A DNA stretch of 64,000 nt. It comes from Candidatus Hodarchaeota archaeon (GTDB lineage: Archaea; Asgardarchaeota; Lokiarchaeia; Sigyniarchaeales; SOKP01). The stretch is from contig JBHLKM010000001.1 of the NCBI GenBank assembly GCA_048886685.1, positions 256,001 to 320,000 on the forward strand. Direction: 5' to 3'. The notes beneath the pieces are model-generated. The model saw only the letters and a list, made by a program, of their open reading frames with translations. It had not been told where the DNA came from and searched no databases. The position numbers were made by a program, and so were the translations under genes. Below are positions 10,604 to 21,714 of this stretch, piece by piece (position 1 is the stretch's first letter; each line of letters opens with the position of its first letter).

Positions 10604-12337
10604 TTAAAACTTTTCTACTGTTATATAGCAAGGATAGAAATAACTATAACCCCATGGATTCGTTGGAAATCCTTTTACATTAGGCGCAAAGGCATCCCTG
10701 TTTAATGAGCTATAACCCCATGCCCAAGGCATGAGATCTTCACAAAGATATTCTTGCATTTCGTTATAAATTTTCGCTCTCTCAACTGGATCAGTTTCTA
10801 CAATACCTGCTCTTAGCATCATTTCTAATTTGTGATCGTTAACTTGGGCGGCGTTCCCAGATGATACATTAGACATCAAAGAATTGACATAATTACTCGC
10901 ATCGTTATAATCAGGTATCCATCCAATAAACCAGAGGCTCAATCCATCATAGCCTGGTGCTGTTCTATTATAGACTAAGTCGAGATATGGAGTCCATTCT
11001 TTACCATTGTCTATAACTTCAACTCCAATCATATCCATATTTTGTTGTAATAATATTAACATATCCTCTCGGAATTTATTACCAACATTATATGTATAGT
11101 TTAGAGTCCTAAAACTAGCGCCCTGCCATTGTGCGTCTGTAGTGAAACCTACTCCAAATCCCATGCTTTGCATTACCTGTCTTGCTTTTGTCACGTCATA
11201 GTATGCTTCTTGACTTGAATAGTTAGAATATGCAATTCCTACAGGAATAGGCGATTCTAATCTTGCTGCATACCCTTCTAAGAGTTCATCAATCATATAA
11301 TCGTAATCAAGTGCCCATGAAATTGCTTGTCTCCATGTTTTATTGATTATTTTATTATTCATCCCAAGATATTGAGTAATTGAACTTGGAGGAGAGTCAA
11401 CTTCTACAAGATTAACTTTAGGAGAGTCTCTCATTTCGTCGTAAAACGAAGGATGTGGGGATTCTAATACATTAATATCACCAGCTAGCATTGCATTATT
11501 TCTGGCATCTGCATCCTGTATAATATTAATTACTAGCTTTTCAACTGCTGCGGCTCCTTTATAATATCGATCCCAGCGTTTCATTCTTGTCTCTACACCA
11601 GCAATATATGATTCAAAAATGAAAGGACCAGTTCCAGAGATTCTGTGTCCAGTTCCATTTGGACCTACACACTGCGATACTTCGAACCTTGTATCGAACA
11701 ATGTTACTGCTGGAGACATAATAAATGCACCATTAAAGGTTAGAATTGCGTCGAACACACCATAAGGCTTATTCAACACGAATTTTATTGTATATTCATC
11801 GACAATTTCAGTACGATTAATAACGGGAGTCCAATCAGGCCACCTATAGAGACTTTCTATTTGGGACACAGTCTCGGTGGCAGGAAGAGTGCCTGATATA
11901 TTCATCCAATAAGCTAATCTATCGAAGCTCCATTTCACGGCAGCAGCATTGAATTTAGTTCCATCATGGAACCATACGTCTTGTCTTAGGGGGATAGTAC
12001 AATTCGCCATACCATTTATCGGATCTACTGGGTCAAGATCCCACGTACCAATTTCAGCCGCTAACTGCGGCATAAGGGGCTGATCTTCCTCAATGTTTCC
12101 AATATCATATCTATATAAACCCTCATAAATCTGCATAACTATATCGAATCCTGCACTCTCCCATAATTCATGGGGATCCAAATTATCAGGACCATACATA
12201 TCCCCAGCAATTATTGTATTTTTTACTGATGGCTCTGGTACGGCAACTAACGACCCAAGGATAATATTTCCAACACCAGATACTCCCAGAACAACTGCTA
12301 GGATTATTATTGCTAAATTTTTCTTTTCCATTTCCAT
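10604..12337 (-). CDS. dppA: ABC peptide transporter substrate-binding protein (family 5, DppA/OppA)
   Basis: N-terminal membrane anchor, LDP, IYEGL, LRQDVWFHDGTKFNAAAVKWSFDR, GTGPF and GWIPDYNDA. Confidence 0.92.
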   Translation of the reverse strand: MEMEKKNLAIIILAVVLGVSGVGNIILGSLVAVPEPSVKNTIIAGDMYGPDNLDPHELWESAGFDIVMQIYEGLYRYDIGNIEEDQPLMPQLAAEIGTWDLDPVDPINGMANCTIPLRQDVWFHDGTKFNAAAVKWSFDRLAYWMNISGTLPATETVSQIESLYRWPDWTPVINRTEIVDEYTIKFVLNKPYGVFDAILTFNGAFIMSPAVTLFDTRFEVSQCVGPNGTGHRISGTGPFIFESYIAGVETRMKRWDRYYKGAAAVEKLVINIIQDADARNNAMLAGDINVLESPHPSFYDEMRDSPKVNLVEVDSPPSSITQYLGMNNKIINKTWRQAISWALDYDYMIDELLEGYAARLESPIPVGIAYSNYSSQEAYYDVTKARQVMQSMGFGVGFTTDAQWQGASFRTLNYTYNVGNKFREDMLILLQQNMDMIGVEVIDNGKEWTPYLDLVYNRTAPGYDGLSLWFIGWIPDYNDASNYVNSLMSNVSSGNAAQVNDHKLEMMLRAGIVETDPVERAKIYNEMQEYLCEDLMPWAWGYSSLNRDAFAPNVKGFPTNPWGYSYFYPCYITVEKF

Positions 12338-12951
12338 ATTAAAATCACTAATAATTTTATTGTTTTCTTTTTCATTTTTTTTAAATATGTTGTTAAATAT
12401 GTTTTTTAATTTGGAAGCTTATAAGTTTTTTCCTTTTTTTTTTGTTGATTATTGAAATCATAAAAGATTTTTAAAAATCAATCGAACAGTCTGGGTTAAA
12501 AATTCTTAATCTTTAAACTGTTTTGTTAAAGAAGGCTTTATATTAATTATATATATAATTTTTCTGAAACTTTACTAATTCTAGAATGATAAAAATTTTT
12601 AGTTTAACAATTTAAGTGTGGAAAATGGGAATGAAATGGGATAATATACTTCATTTGATTATTTCAACAATTTTATCAAAATAAAAAATAAGACTTTTTT
12701 AGTCATTATGAGTAATCCCAGGTTTAGAGAAAGTAAAATCCATAAACTGTATTATAACTTAAATAAAATTTGGTATCATTAAGATCCGTATATGCTTTAG
12801 GCTAGGAATTCCGGATTAGAAGAATCAAAATTAGAAAATAAGGTAAACAGATTAATCTATGAATAAAGAGTAAGTAATTGATAAATGAATTTCATTCAAT
12901 AATATAAGACAAAAATAATAAAAAAATTAGAAAGTTTTAAAAAATAAATAG

Positions 12952-15834
12952 TTATCTACGTTTATACAATTTCATTATAACTAACAGAAGAACACCAATT
13001 GCAATAAGACATAATCCACTTATAACACATCCGATTAGTAAAAGATTTCCAAACTCATAAGGATCTCTTGGTAAATCTAATTCTGACTGCGAGAAAAATA
13101 ATGCGAAATCATCTCTTATCTTTACTAACCAGTCGAATATTGCATGCATTTGATCATCAGTAAATGTATAAAATGCTTTCAAATAATTATAGGTACTAGA
13201 CACTTCCATCGCTTTAAACCATCTAGAAATTCCCGTAGGCGTTACCAATGATTCAGGATTCTCCTCGGACCATAATTGCACAGCAGGATCAAATTCTATA
13301 TTGCTCGCAGTTGGAAGGCCTAGTTCCCAACCACTGAGAGATTCAAGTCCAAAAGCGGGTCCTGGGTCAATTCCTTCAGTAAAGAGTGTACCATTAGTCC
13401 ATTGGCGAAAGAATTCAAATCCCGCTAGTTCCGTCATACTATATCCTGTTAGATCAAAAGCAATATTAGGTACAACATTAGATCCAAATGTAGGAAATAA
13501 CCAATTAAGGATTAAGTCTAATTGATCAGTACTCAAATGAAAAGTTGTGATTAATTCGGTTCTTGAGGCACTATCTCCACCTGCAGCATCAATCCATTTT
13601 AAGAGCCCATCTTTATTGATAAATGAAGAAGAATTTCCTGTATCAAAGAGAGAAGCAGTCATTGAAAATGAAATGTTAGATTTTACTGGAATGCCTACTT
13701 CAAATCCCGTGATCCCACCTCCGAGGTCAAGACCCTCTGGCACAACAGTAGCATTTGCCCATTGCTCTAGAAAAAGAATTTCGGCATATTGTGTAGTTGT
13801 TATCCTAGATCCTGGAGGAAGCTCGAGAATAAAAATTATTGGTACAACAACATCTTTGATGGTCGTAAATAACCAATTAAAAATTTGTGTAAACTGAGCA
13901 TTGCTTAAAACATACGTTGCATTAATATTATTTTGAGCAGTCACATTTCCATTTGCAGCTTTATACCATTCTAGAATTCCAGCATCATTAATAAATCCAG
14001 ATGAATTTGCTTGATCCCAGAGACTTTTCGAGTGTTCCAATGAAATAGATGATGGACTAGGAACTCCTACTTCCAAACCTCTTTGTTTTGATAAACCGAT
14101 TATAGATCCTAAAATATAATTTTGGAGATATTGTCCCAGAGGTAAGAGATGGTCAACCCAAGTCGCATTATAAGTAGATTCCATCAAGGTTCTATTAGTC
14201 CCAATATTTAATAATGCTGCTTGAAAAAAATCTAACCAATTTTTTAAACCTAATCCTGACTGTAGTTCTATTAATATTCCCGGTGCCTCGCCATACCCAT
14301 ATAAAATTCTTTCTTGAGCTATAATAGTATAGTTATGACTAAAAGAACTACCAGACATAAACTCCGAAACACCCATTAAACTTATTGAATAATTAGCGGT
14401 AAAATTGTAATCATTAAAGAAAACATCTGTAGCATTTACCAGAGTAGTAGAATTTTGAACGGCAATTAGCTCAATAACATTATTAATTTGTTTTGCAGCA
14501 CTAGAGGTTTTTAAAAAGATACTAAGTTCCTCACTCAAGTCTCTCAGGTAAATTCCGCCTGAGAAAATTGACCCATTAGCCCATTGTATATAGAAATCCC
14601 TCTCTGCTGCGCTCTCTAAGGTTAATCCGTCTAAAGCCAATTGAGCAGGCACAACCGTATCAAACATGTATTGAGTTAAATAAGAAGTCAAATTTTTTAA
14701 TTGGTAATAGGTAGCATTATATAGTACTTGCATTGTAATACCCCCAGAAGTAGCATTATAGAGGCTGAGAAAACCAGAAACTCCAGTGCCTAATGGAAGA
14801 TCTTCTAAAATTCCTGGAGAATCTTGGTAACCATATAATATTCTTTGTTGAGCAGTTTCTGTATAGTTAAGGCTATATGAACCCCCTGTAATAAACTCAG
14901 AAACGCCACTTATGGAAGTTATTCCTTTTGTAGTAATTGACCAATCTTCATCATTGAAGAATTGTTCTGTTACGTTTAAGAGTGCATATTCAGATGGTGT
15001 CATGCTAAAATTTGCAATGAATTCACTGGTAACTATAGAGTCCCACATATAATCAGTAATATATTCTGCTACTGCTGTAAGCTGGTTCCAAGTAGAATTA
15101 TATGTTATCTGCATTGTAAGATTGTATATTGCGGGATCTTCAGTAGCATTATCGTAAAATTCTATAAATTCCAGAACACCAGTTCCGTTTACAAGATCTT
15201 GGATTAACCCGGGTGCGGAAGAATTTCCATACAATAAGCTTTGTTGTGCAGCTGCCGTAAAATTAAGTTTATTTAAACCATTTGTAGCAAATTCAGAAAT
15301 ACCTTCTATTGAAGTGTAATAACGATCTTGAAATGTATAATTATTAAAAAACACATCCATTGCATTTAATAGCGTAGATGAATTAGAATTTATCACCTGT
15401 TCCAAAGTTTCGTTAATGAACTGAGCTGACATTGAACCTTCAATCTTTGCCTGGACAACAGCAGCCGCAGAATCAAGGCTTTCACTTATATTAGTACTTG
15501 TCATCGAATTGTTTATTCTTTCTAAGAATATCGGCATCGATAAATTTTTGAGATATTGAAGAACACCAGGAATAGAGCGCACTTTAACAATTTCATCTTC
15601 AATATATTGAGTTTCCTGTTCTCGAATCGCTTCTAAAACCTCTGGTATGCCTAATCCCATGAAATTACTTTCAATTACAGGAACAACAGCATCTTGAATA
15701 GTCAGAAGTGTTTCAGGAACGTTAGCACGAACTTGATCTCTAAAGTATCCATTTAAGAAAAAACCAGTGGGGGCCAAACCTATGCCCAAAGCTAACAAAA
15801 TTGCTGTAATATTTAATTTTGTTTTATTTAGCAT
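12952..15834 (-). CDS. Large surface glycoprotein-like protein anchored at both ends, with two internal repeat types
   Basis: 960 aa; N- and C-terminal hydrophobic helices; three FFN...G(I/V)SEF...AQ..LYG...PG repeats and three QW.NG...G.E.G.P...W repeats; many N-x-S/T sequons. Confidence 0.75.
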   Translation of the reverse strand: MLNKTKLNITAILLALGIGLAPTGFFLNGYFRDQVRANVPETLLTIQDAVVPVIESNFMGLGIPEVLEAIREQETQYIEDEIVKVRSIPGVLQYLKNLSMPIFLERINNSMTSTNISESLDSAAAVVQAKIEGSMSAQFINETLEQVINSNSSTLLNAMDVFFNNYTFQDRYYTSIEGISEFATNGLNKLNFTAAAQQSLLYGNSSAPGLIQDLVNGTGVLEFIEFYDNATEDPAIYNLTMQITYNSTWNQLTAVAEYITDYMWDSIVTSEFIANFSMTPSEYALLNVTEQFFNDEDWSITTKGITSISGVSEFITGGSYSLNYTETAQQRILYGYQDSPGILEDLPLGTGVSGFLSLYNATSGGITMQVLYNATYYQLKNLTSYLTQYMFDTVVPAQLALDGLTLESAAERDFYIQWANGSIFSGGIYLRDLSEELSIFLKTSSAAKQINNVIELIAVQNSTTLVNATDVFFNDYNFTANYSISLMGVSEFMSGSSFSHNYTIIAQERILYGYGEAPGILIELQSGLGLKNWLDFFQAALLNIGTNRTLMESTYNATWVDHLLPLGQYLQNYILGSIIGLSKQRGLEVGVPSPSSISLEHSKSLWDQANSSGFINDAGILEWYKAANGNVTAQNNINATYVLSNAQFTQIFNWLFTTIKDVVVPIIFILELPPGSRITTTQYAEILFLEQWANATVVPEGLDLGGGITGFEVGIPVKSNISFSMTASLFDTGNSSSFINKDGLLKWIDAAGGDSASRTELITTFHLSTDQLDLILNWLFPTFGSNVVPNIAFDLTGYSMTELAGFEFFRQWTNGTLFTEGIDPGPAFGLESLSGWELGLPTASNIEFDPAVQLWSEENPESLVTPTGISRWFKAMEVSSTYNYLKAFYTFTDDQMHAIFDWLVKIRDDFALFFSQSELDLPRDPYEFGNLLLIGCVISGLCLIAIGVLLLVIMKLYKRR

Positions 15835-15979
15835 AATAAATATTTTGAATTCTGTTATATAAATTTTCTTCTAAATTAACACTTAAGTCTTGCTATTAAA
15901 GAATAGGAGTCAAGGATTTAATTTTTTGCCTTGCTCTAAAAAACAAACTTTTTTATTGAGTTTGAATTAAAGTGATAAT

Positions 15980-16570
15980 ATGATCAGAAAATTATATATA
16001 AGGTTTTTAATACCAAGTGTTTTTATTTCTAGCATTTTTGTTGGAGTTGTCTTGAATTTCTTATCATTTCTTAATCCTAAGACGGTTGATAATAATGGAT
16101 CATGGTTTATTACTCCTTTCAGATTTTCAGATTTATCAGCCATAACTTTTATATTATTTACCTTTATCTTATTGATAACAATAAGATTTATTAATAAAAT
16201 TCCACGTGATACAATTCTCATTTTTTGTGTAATAATCACGGGTTTTAGCCTTATTTATACGAGTTTTTCATGGAATTGGCAGACTTACTTCATAAGTTTT
16301 CTCATCACCGGTATTGGATTGGGATTAATACTTCCAATTTTTTTAGAATTATTTATTAAAGTTTTACCTTTGGATCTGAATAAGATTCTTTCTTTGATCT
16401 TCTTCCTTTTAATTGTAGCTACATGGGTAATTACTTTTAGCATTATTTTTATGTTAATAGGTGTTAGATTTTGGAGATTAATATATCTCATAGTAGGAAC
16501 TATTAATATTCTCTCTTCAATTTTTATCATTAACTTTGAGACTAGTATGGATACTAGAGAAATTAAATAA
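15980..16570 (+). CDS. Membrane protein resembling the N-terminal half of an MFS transporter
   Basis: About 6 TM segments, ITGIGLGLILP (MFS TM4-like) and WRLIYLI (end of the MFS N-domain). Only 196 aa. Confidence 0.5.
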   Translation: MIRKLYIRFLIPSVFISSIFVGVVLNFLSFLNPKTVDNNGSWFITPFRFSDLSAITFILFTFILLITIRFINKIPRDTILIFCVIITGFSLIYTSFSWNWQTYFISFLITGIGLGLILPIFLELFIKVLPLDLNKILSLIFFLLIVATWVITFSIIFMLIGVRFWRLIYLIVGTINILSSIFIINFETSMDTREIK

Positions 16571-16657
16571 CACTAGCTTTATGTTTTCTTAGAGCATTAA
16601 CCAAGTATTCTATTGTTTTTTAACTAAGTATACCCATTAAAAGATTAAAAATAAAAC

Positions 16658-17584
16658 TCAAGCATCAAAATAAAATGATAAAAATAATATAAAAAACAGA
16701 AAAGTACCAGCAATAACTATTCCTTTATCCAAAAAGGCTCTTTCGGTGTTTCTAGCGATTTCTGGCTTTGTTGAGGTTAGATACATATAACGCATGATTA
16801 TATACAGTGAAATTGGTATAGTAAAAATAGAAATATATTCATAAAAATTGACATTTCGAGTCTCTGTGGAATTTAGACTAATTAGGTTGAAATTAATGAG
16901 GAGATACAGAGAATATGTCATAAACAATGATCCCGCAATTATTACATGAAATTGGTCTAATAATTTAAGAGAATATTGATCGTAAATTTTTTTATGGTCA
17001 ACAGCTTTATTCTTTCCAAGGATTCTCAGATCTCCTTTTCTTTTTGCAATACTCAAAAACATCGCTACTTCAAAAATAGCTAAAAATAACCAAGCGGAAA
17101 CATATTCTTCAATTATTGCACATCCTGCTAAAGATCTCCATAGATATCCAGTAGACAAAACAAGAATATCGATAAATGCATAATTCTTAAAAAGATGATT
17201 ATAAAGTTGACCTGTGACAACTATCAACATTATCATTATAGCAAAACCTAGATTTGGAATCAGAAAAATCAGAAATAGAAATATACTCCCCCCTATTAAA
17301 ATTAATAGCAATATAGCGAAAGGTAGAGATATTTCTCCTGATGCTAAAGGTTTCTTTTTGATTTTTTCTGGATGATTTCTATCACTTTCTATATCTCTTA
17401 TATCATTAATAATATAATTAAAAGATGATGCAAAACATAACAAAATAAAACCTATGAAGAGAGTAAAGTAGAGATCTATTTCGAATAGTCTTTCACTAAA
17501 AAAAATCCCAACTAAAATCATTGTGTTTTTATAATATTGCCGTATACGGAGAAGGTTTAAAAAATTCTTGATTTTATTTGACAT
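16658..17584 (-). CDS. UbiA-superfamily prenyltransferase, decaprenyl-phosphate phosphoribosyltransferase-like
   Basis: LLRIRQYYKN, YIINDIRDIESDRNHPEK..KPLASG, KRKGDL and YSL motifs. Likely start MSNK at 17584. Confidence 0.82.
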   Translation of the reverse strand: MSNKIKNFLNLLRIRQYYKNTMILVGIFFSERLFEIDLYFTLFIGFILLCFASSFNYIINDIRDIESDRNHPEKIKKKPLASGEISLPFAILLLILIGGSIFLFLIFLIPNLGFAIMIMLIVVTGQLYNHLFKNYAFIDILVLSTGYLWRSLAGCAIIEEYVSAWLFLAIFEVAMFLSIAKRKGDLRILGKNKAVDHKKIYDQYSLKLLDQFHVIIAGSLFMTYSLYLLINFNLISLNSTETRNVNFYEYISIFTIPISLYIIMRYMYLTSTKPEIARNTERAFLDKGIVIAGTFLFFILFLSFYFDA

Positions 17585-17622
17585 TGATAACCCATTTAAA
17601 GGTATATCTATAATAAATTTTA

Positions 17623-20163
17623 TCAAGTTATTATGATTCTTTCTGGTTTAAATTTCTTCAATATTTTATAGCCTAAACGACTTGAGAAGCTTGTTTCAGA
17701 TTTGATTTGAATCATAGCACTAGTATAATCAAAAATAATTAATTCTATTTTATTATAAGGGATTTTAATTTCTTTTCCAAAAATATTTTTCACGAGAAGA
17801 GTGTCTTTATCAATATTTTCAGTGTGGTTTACAAAATTTTGAGTATTTAAATTTATTTTCTTGATAAAGCCAATTTCTACATTATTTACTGGTTTTTTTA
17901 GGTAAATATATGAAAGAATGTCTTTATTTATTAACCATTTTATTACTTGTACTTCAGATTCTCGAAATTTTTTATCTCTGTGTATAATTAGAGTTATTCT
18001 TTTAGGTTTAATAATTAATTCGTTTATGTTGTATTTTAAGTGTTTTTTACCTTCATTTTTGGTGGATTCAAAATTGGATAATATTAATTCATAGCCATTT
18101 ATCTCGTTAGTATCTAAGACGTCTATACATTTTAAAATCTTTAATTCCCCTTTTTTTTTGAAAAAAATATCTTGTTCTTTTAAATTTTTAATAATGGCAA
18201 GTGAATTTGGGAGTTTAGTTTTTAAAATTGGTTTTGAAATTTTATTTTTCTCTTTATCTAAGAAGATATAGGTGCTTTTTTTATGATTATTCCTATTTAA
18301 CTTAATATCTATTAAAGTTAAGAGATTATTCTTCGCAAAAGAATATGTTTCATTTAGATCAATTTGATAATGAGTATATAATGACGAATTTAAGAATTCT
18401 TTGTGATTGGTTTTTAGATTAGTTATGATGAATTGTTCACTATCACTAATATCATCAAGAAATTGAACATCATTTAATCTACCTATTCTAATCTCATCAG
18501 TAATTTTATTTTTAAATATAAAATCTTTATTAAGCTCTGATTTGTACAGTTCCTTTCTTCTTAGATTTTCCAACAAGATAGGGATATCTTTGACGTTGAA
18601 TTTTTCTTTAAATTTTCTATTTGCTATAATTTTAAACTTTTTACGAGCTATTTCAAATTTTTTAGCATACTTTTGTTGTTTTGATTTTTTTAAGCATATA
18701 AATGGAAGAATGGCTTCTTTACTTGGTTTTATTTCATTTCCTAATATAACTGCAATTCTTATATAACTTGGAGGATGTGAATTAATGAAATTACCAATAA
18801 GAGAAATTCGTGATGGTTTAATTATTGAGCGATTTAAATAATTCGCTGTATTCATGTAATCTAATAGTTTATTATCTTTTGTAATTTTCTCATCACATAA
18901 AAGCATAGTATTAAGTCCAATTTCTCGTCCAGTAGCATAAAAACTTTCTAAATTGTATAACGCTTTAATAAGCTCATCTGCATATCCTGCCTTTTTAGCT
19001 TTTAAATCTGCTTTTCCCTCCAAAATCCTTACAAATATAAAAAGAATAATATATATTACTAAATTCAAAATAAGGAAAACAATCATAGGAATTTGAGGAT
19101 TTCCAAAAGTGTAATCGTACAGTGTAGCAGGTATACCTAAAACCATTCTCATAACTAAATCTCCAGTTGTAATACAAGTTAAAATTAACGTGTGCTTTCC
19201 CTTTGTATGGGCTAATTCATGAGCTAAAATGCCATTCAGCTCATCATGTGGAATTTGGTTTAGATCTTCAGCAATTATTGCAATTCTTTTATCAAAAAAA
19301 GAACCATATGCCATTGCATTCAAAATTGGATACTTTCCATAGCCTACTTTTACTTTACCTTTAATTCCAATATTTTCTTTTACTTTCCTCACCTTTTTTA
19401 GCATATCGCTATCTCTAACTCTCTTAATTCCAAGCATTTTGTCTAAAATTGAACCTGAAACGAAATATATTATCCAATTCACACATATTAGGATAAAATA
19501 TATATTCATAAAAAAATCGGTAATAATAAATCGATTAAAATTCAATGGTTTATTACTAATGAAGTTGAGTGCCGTATATTGATTAATAAAGACAACTACT
19601 AACCAAGCTATTATATATAAAAGTAATATTAAATATTCTGGGCTCATAAATCTCCATACGATTAAGTATTTTCTCCCAAATAATATAAATCCCATAATCA
19701 ATACAATCCAGAAGGAAAATGCAAAAGCTGTATTGATAAAAAAAGGATTATCTTGATAGAAAGAGATGATACCTGCAAAAAATATAATATTATAAGTCAC
19801 TAATGAGATAATTAGAATTTTATTTAATATTTGATATTCTCTTAATTCAAAAATACCAATCCATAAATATATTGAGAATGCCCCCATTAGAGAAGTCAAG
19901 AAATCCTTAGAAAAGAAAAAAATGAGAAAAAAGAAAAAAGCTATTGCCACAATATCGCTCATTTCACTTCTTTTATTATTTCTAACCCAATGATAAAATT
20001 CTTCGATAGTCAAAAAATATAAGAAAATTGTTATTAAGAAACTCCAATCTATTAAAAGTTCTAACCAATTAAAATGAAAGAATATGGAATTGAATAAAGA
20101 AAATAATCCAATTGATGCAAAAATGTATATAACAAAAAGTAATGATCTTGAGAATTTGTTCAA
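17623..20163 (-). CDS. M48 (HtpX/Ste24-like) membrane zinc metalloprotease with long N- and C-terminal extensions
   Basis: NAMAYG, EL.GILAHELAH, EGKAD and SHPP...RI motifs after about 8 TM helices; Lys/Asn-rich C-terminal region of about 350 aa. Confidence 0.85.
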   Translation of the reverse strand: MNKFSRSLLFVIYIFASIGLFSLFNSIFFHFNWLELLIDWSFLITIFLYFLTIEEFYHWVRNNKRSEMSDIVAIAFFFFLIFFFSKDFLTSLMGAFSIYLWIGIFELREYQILNKILIISLVTYNIIFFAGIISFYQDNPFFINTAFAFSFWIVLIMGFILFGRKYLIVWRFMSPEYLILLLYIIAWLVVVFINQYTALNFISNKPLNFNRFIITDFFMNIYFILICVNWIIYFVSGSILDKMLGIKRVRDSDMLKKVRKVKENIGIKGKVKVGYGKYPILNAMAYGSFFDKRIAIIAEDLNQIPHDELNGILAHELAHTKGKHTLILTCITTGDLVMRMVLGIPATLYDYTFGNPQIPMIVFLILNLVIYIILFIFVRILEGKADLKAKKAGYADELIKALYNLESFYATGREIGLNTMLLCDEKITKDNKLLDYMNTANYLNRSIIKPSRISLIGNFINSHPPSYIRIAVILGNEIKPSKEAILPFICLKKSKQQKYAKKFEIARKKFKIIANRKFKEKFNVKDIPILLENLRRKELYKSELNKDFIFKNKITDEIRIGRLNDVQFLDDISDSEQFIITNLKTNHKEFLNSSLYTHYQIDLNETYSFAKNNLLTLIDIKLNRNNHKKSTYIFLDKEKNKISKPILKTKLPNSLAIIKNLKEQDIFFKKKGELKILKCIDVLDTNEINGYELILSNFESTKNEGKKHLKYNINELIIKPKRITLIIHRDKKFRESEVQVIKWLINKDILSYIYLKKPVNNVEIGFIKKINLNTQNFVNHTENIDKDTLLVKNIFGKEIKIPYNKIELIIFDYTSAMIQIKSETSFSSRLGYKILKKFKPERIIIT

Positions 20164-20268
20164 CTTTTGTACCTCATTTTTTTCTCTTTATTTTCTTCTG
20201 ATAATGTATATTAAGAAATATATAATATTTTGGAGTTCTTTAGTAAAAATAATGAACTTCTTTTATTT

Positions 20269-21639
20269 TTAGGTTATCTTGTTTTTCTCTTTCATTTTGT
20301 CAATTACTACCCAAAAGTATTTAATCGCCAGAAAATACCAAATTAATAATCCAGGAATAATTAAGAGAAAAGAAATTAAAAGATTAACAGGGATTTTTAC
20401 TGGACCAATCCCAATATCTTCAAATGGTAAAGGCATAATAAATAATTCAACAATCGCTAAGAAAATTGTTATAGAAACTAGCAAAATAATCATCTGTACG
20501 ACAATTCCCCTTATTCTGGAAAATTTATATAATAAAAAACTAGTAGGTGCTAAAAATATAATGATTGAGACAAAAAAAACTAGAAGGTCAAAATTTCCAA
20601 TAGAAACTTGTAAAAAAATAACAGAAATAATAGAAAAGAATCCACAAATTGTTGAAAGAGCTAAGAAATTTTTCACTAACTCCGGTTCTGTTAATGCTCC
20701 TTTCGCTAATATTAACCGCGGCAATGTTAAAGCGGCATCTCTTTTATCTGATGCTTGGATTCGATCATCTTCAAGTAATATAATGTCGCTTTTATCTTTA
20801 TGAATATCACTACTTTCAAAAAAACCTCGAACAGAATTAATCACATAAAAACTATTAAATATATGAGTTAAAAGTGCACAAAATGTAGCAACTTCGAGTG
20901 AACCAAAAAACATAATACAAGCAATCATCGCCCCCATACTTAAAGTTCCTACATCTCCTGGGAATACCTTTGCGGGATATTTGTTATAGATAAAAAAAGG
21001 GATTAAGATCGCAATCACAGGAATTGCAAAAACCACTGCCTCAGCAGAATTCCATATTAAACCGCATATGAATAGAAAGGACACAATAATTAGAGAAGTT
21101 CCAGAACCTTCTCCATTATATCCTTCCAACATATTTATAGTATTTACAAAGACTGCTACAATAAGTGGTATAAGGAGTGGATATATGAAATTAAATCTGG
21201 TTTTATCAAGAAAAGGGATTGTTGGTGAAGAGATTGTTATAAAACCGTAAAAATTAGCAAAAAAAATAGCGCTACCGCTAAAAATTGAAAGTATTATTTT
21301 GTATCGAGGTTTTAATTTCTTTCTGTCGTCAATAAATCCTATAACCCCCGCGCTAATGACGGTTAAAAGAAAAATGAGAGTCTCATTAAATAGTTCTGGA
21401 AAAAAGAATATTAGGAATATTAAGGCAATTGTAAAACCTATAATTAAAGCTATTCCACCAGATTCGGCTACCTTAGGTTGCGCATTTTTATGTATATCAT
21501 AACCAGTGTAATCTTTTTCTTTCATAAATTTTATTATAAAAGGGAGGATTTTAGAAGTTACAAAAAAACCAACTAAGAAAATTATTATCAAATAAAATAT
21601 TTCCAAGAAAGTCCAATTCAGCTGTGTAAGATCAGACAT
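20269..21639 (-). CDS. MraY/GPT-family UDP-GlcNAc:polyprenyl-phosphate GlcNAc-1-P transferase (AglH/Alg7-like)
   Basis: G.DIHK...PKVAESGG, GFIDD, NTINMLEGYNG and YPAKVFPGDVGT. Confidence 0.88.
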   Translation of the reverse strand: MSDLTQLNWTFLEIFYLIIIFLVGFFVTSKILPFIIKFMKEKDYTGYDIHKNAQPKVAESGGIALIIGFTIALIFLIFFFPELFNETLIFLLTVISAGVIGFIDDRKKLKPRYKIILSIFSGSAIFFANFYGFITISSPTIPFLDKTRFNFIYPLLIPLIVAVFVNTINMLEGYNGEGSGTSLIIVSFLFICGLIWNSAEAVVFAIPVIAILIPFFIYNKYPAKVFPGDVGTLSMGAMIACIMFFGSLEVATFCALLTHIFNSFYVINSVRGFFESSDIHKDKSDIILLEDDRIQASDKRDAALTLPRLILAKGALTEPELVKNFLALSTICGFFSIISVIFLQVSIGNFDLLVFFVSIIIFLAPTSFLLYKFSRIRGIVVQMIILLVSITIFLAIVELFIMPLPFEDIGIGPVKIPVNLLISFLLIIPGLLIWYFLAIKYFWVVIDKMKEKNKIT

Positions 21640-21714
21640 GTTATTACGGATTATTTTTATTCAGATTGATTAGTTTTATATACTGAGCATTTCCCCGCTA
21701 TCTTTAAATATAGA

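Noticed and set aside
12338-12951. 600-bp gap as a possible ncRNA or hidden gene
   Set aside because: Very AT-rich, only short ORFs, and no stable structure or repeat that I could support.
20279-20803. 174-aa plus-strand ORF and the other short ORFs antisense to or nested in long genes (e.g. 13547..13897, 45170..45619, 44818..45159, 62037..62348)
   Set aside because: They are shadows of well-supported genes and show no motifs of their own.
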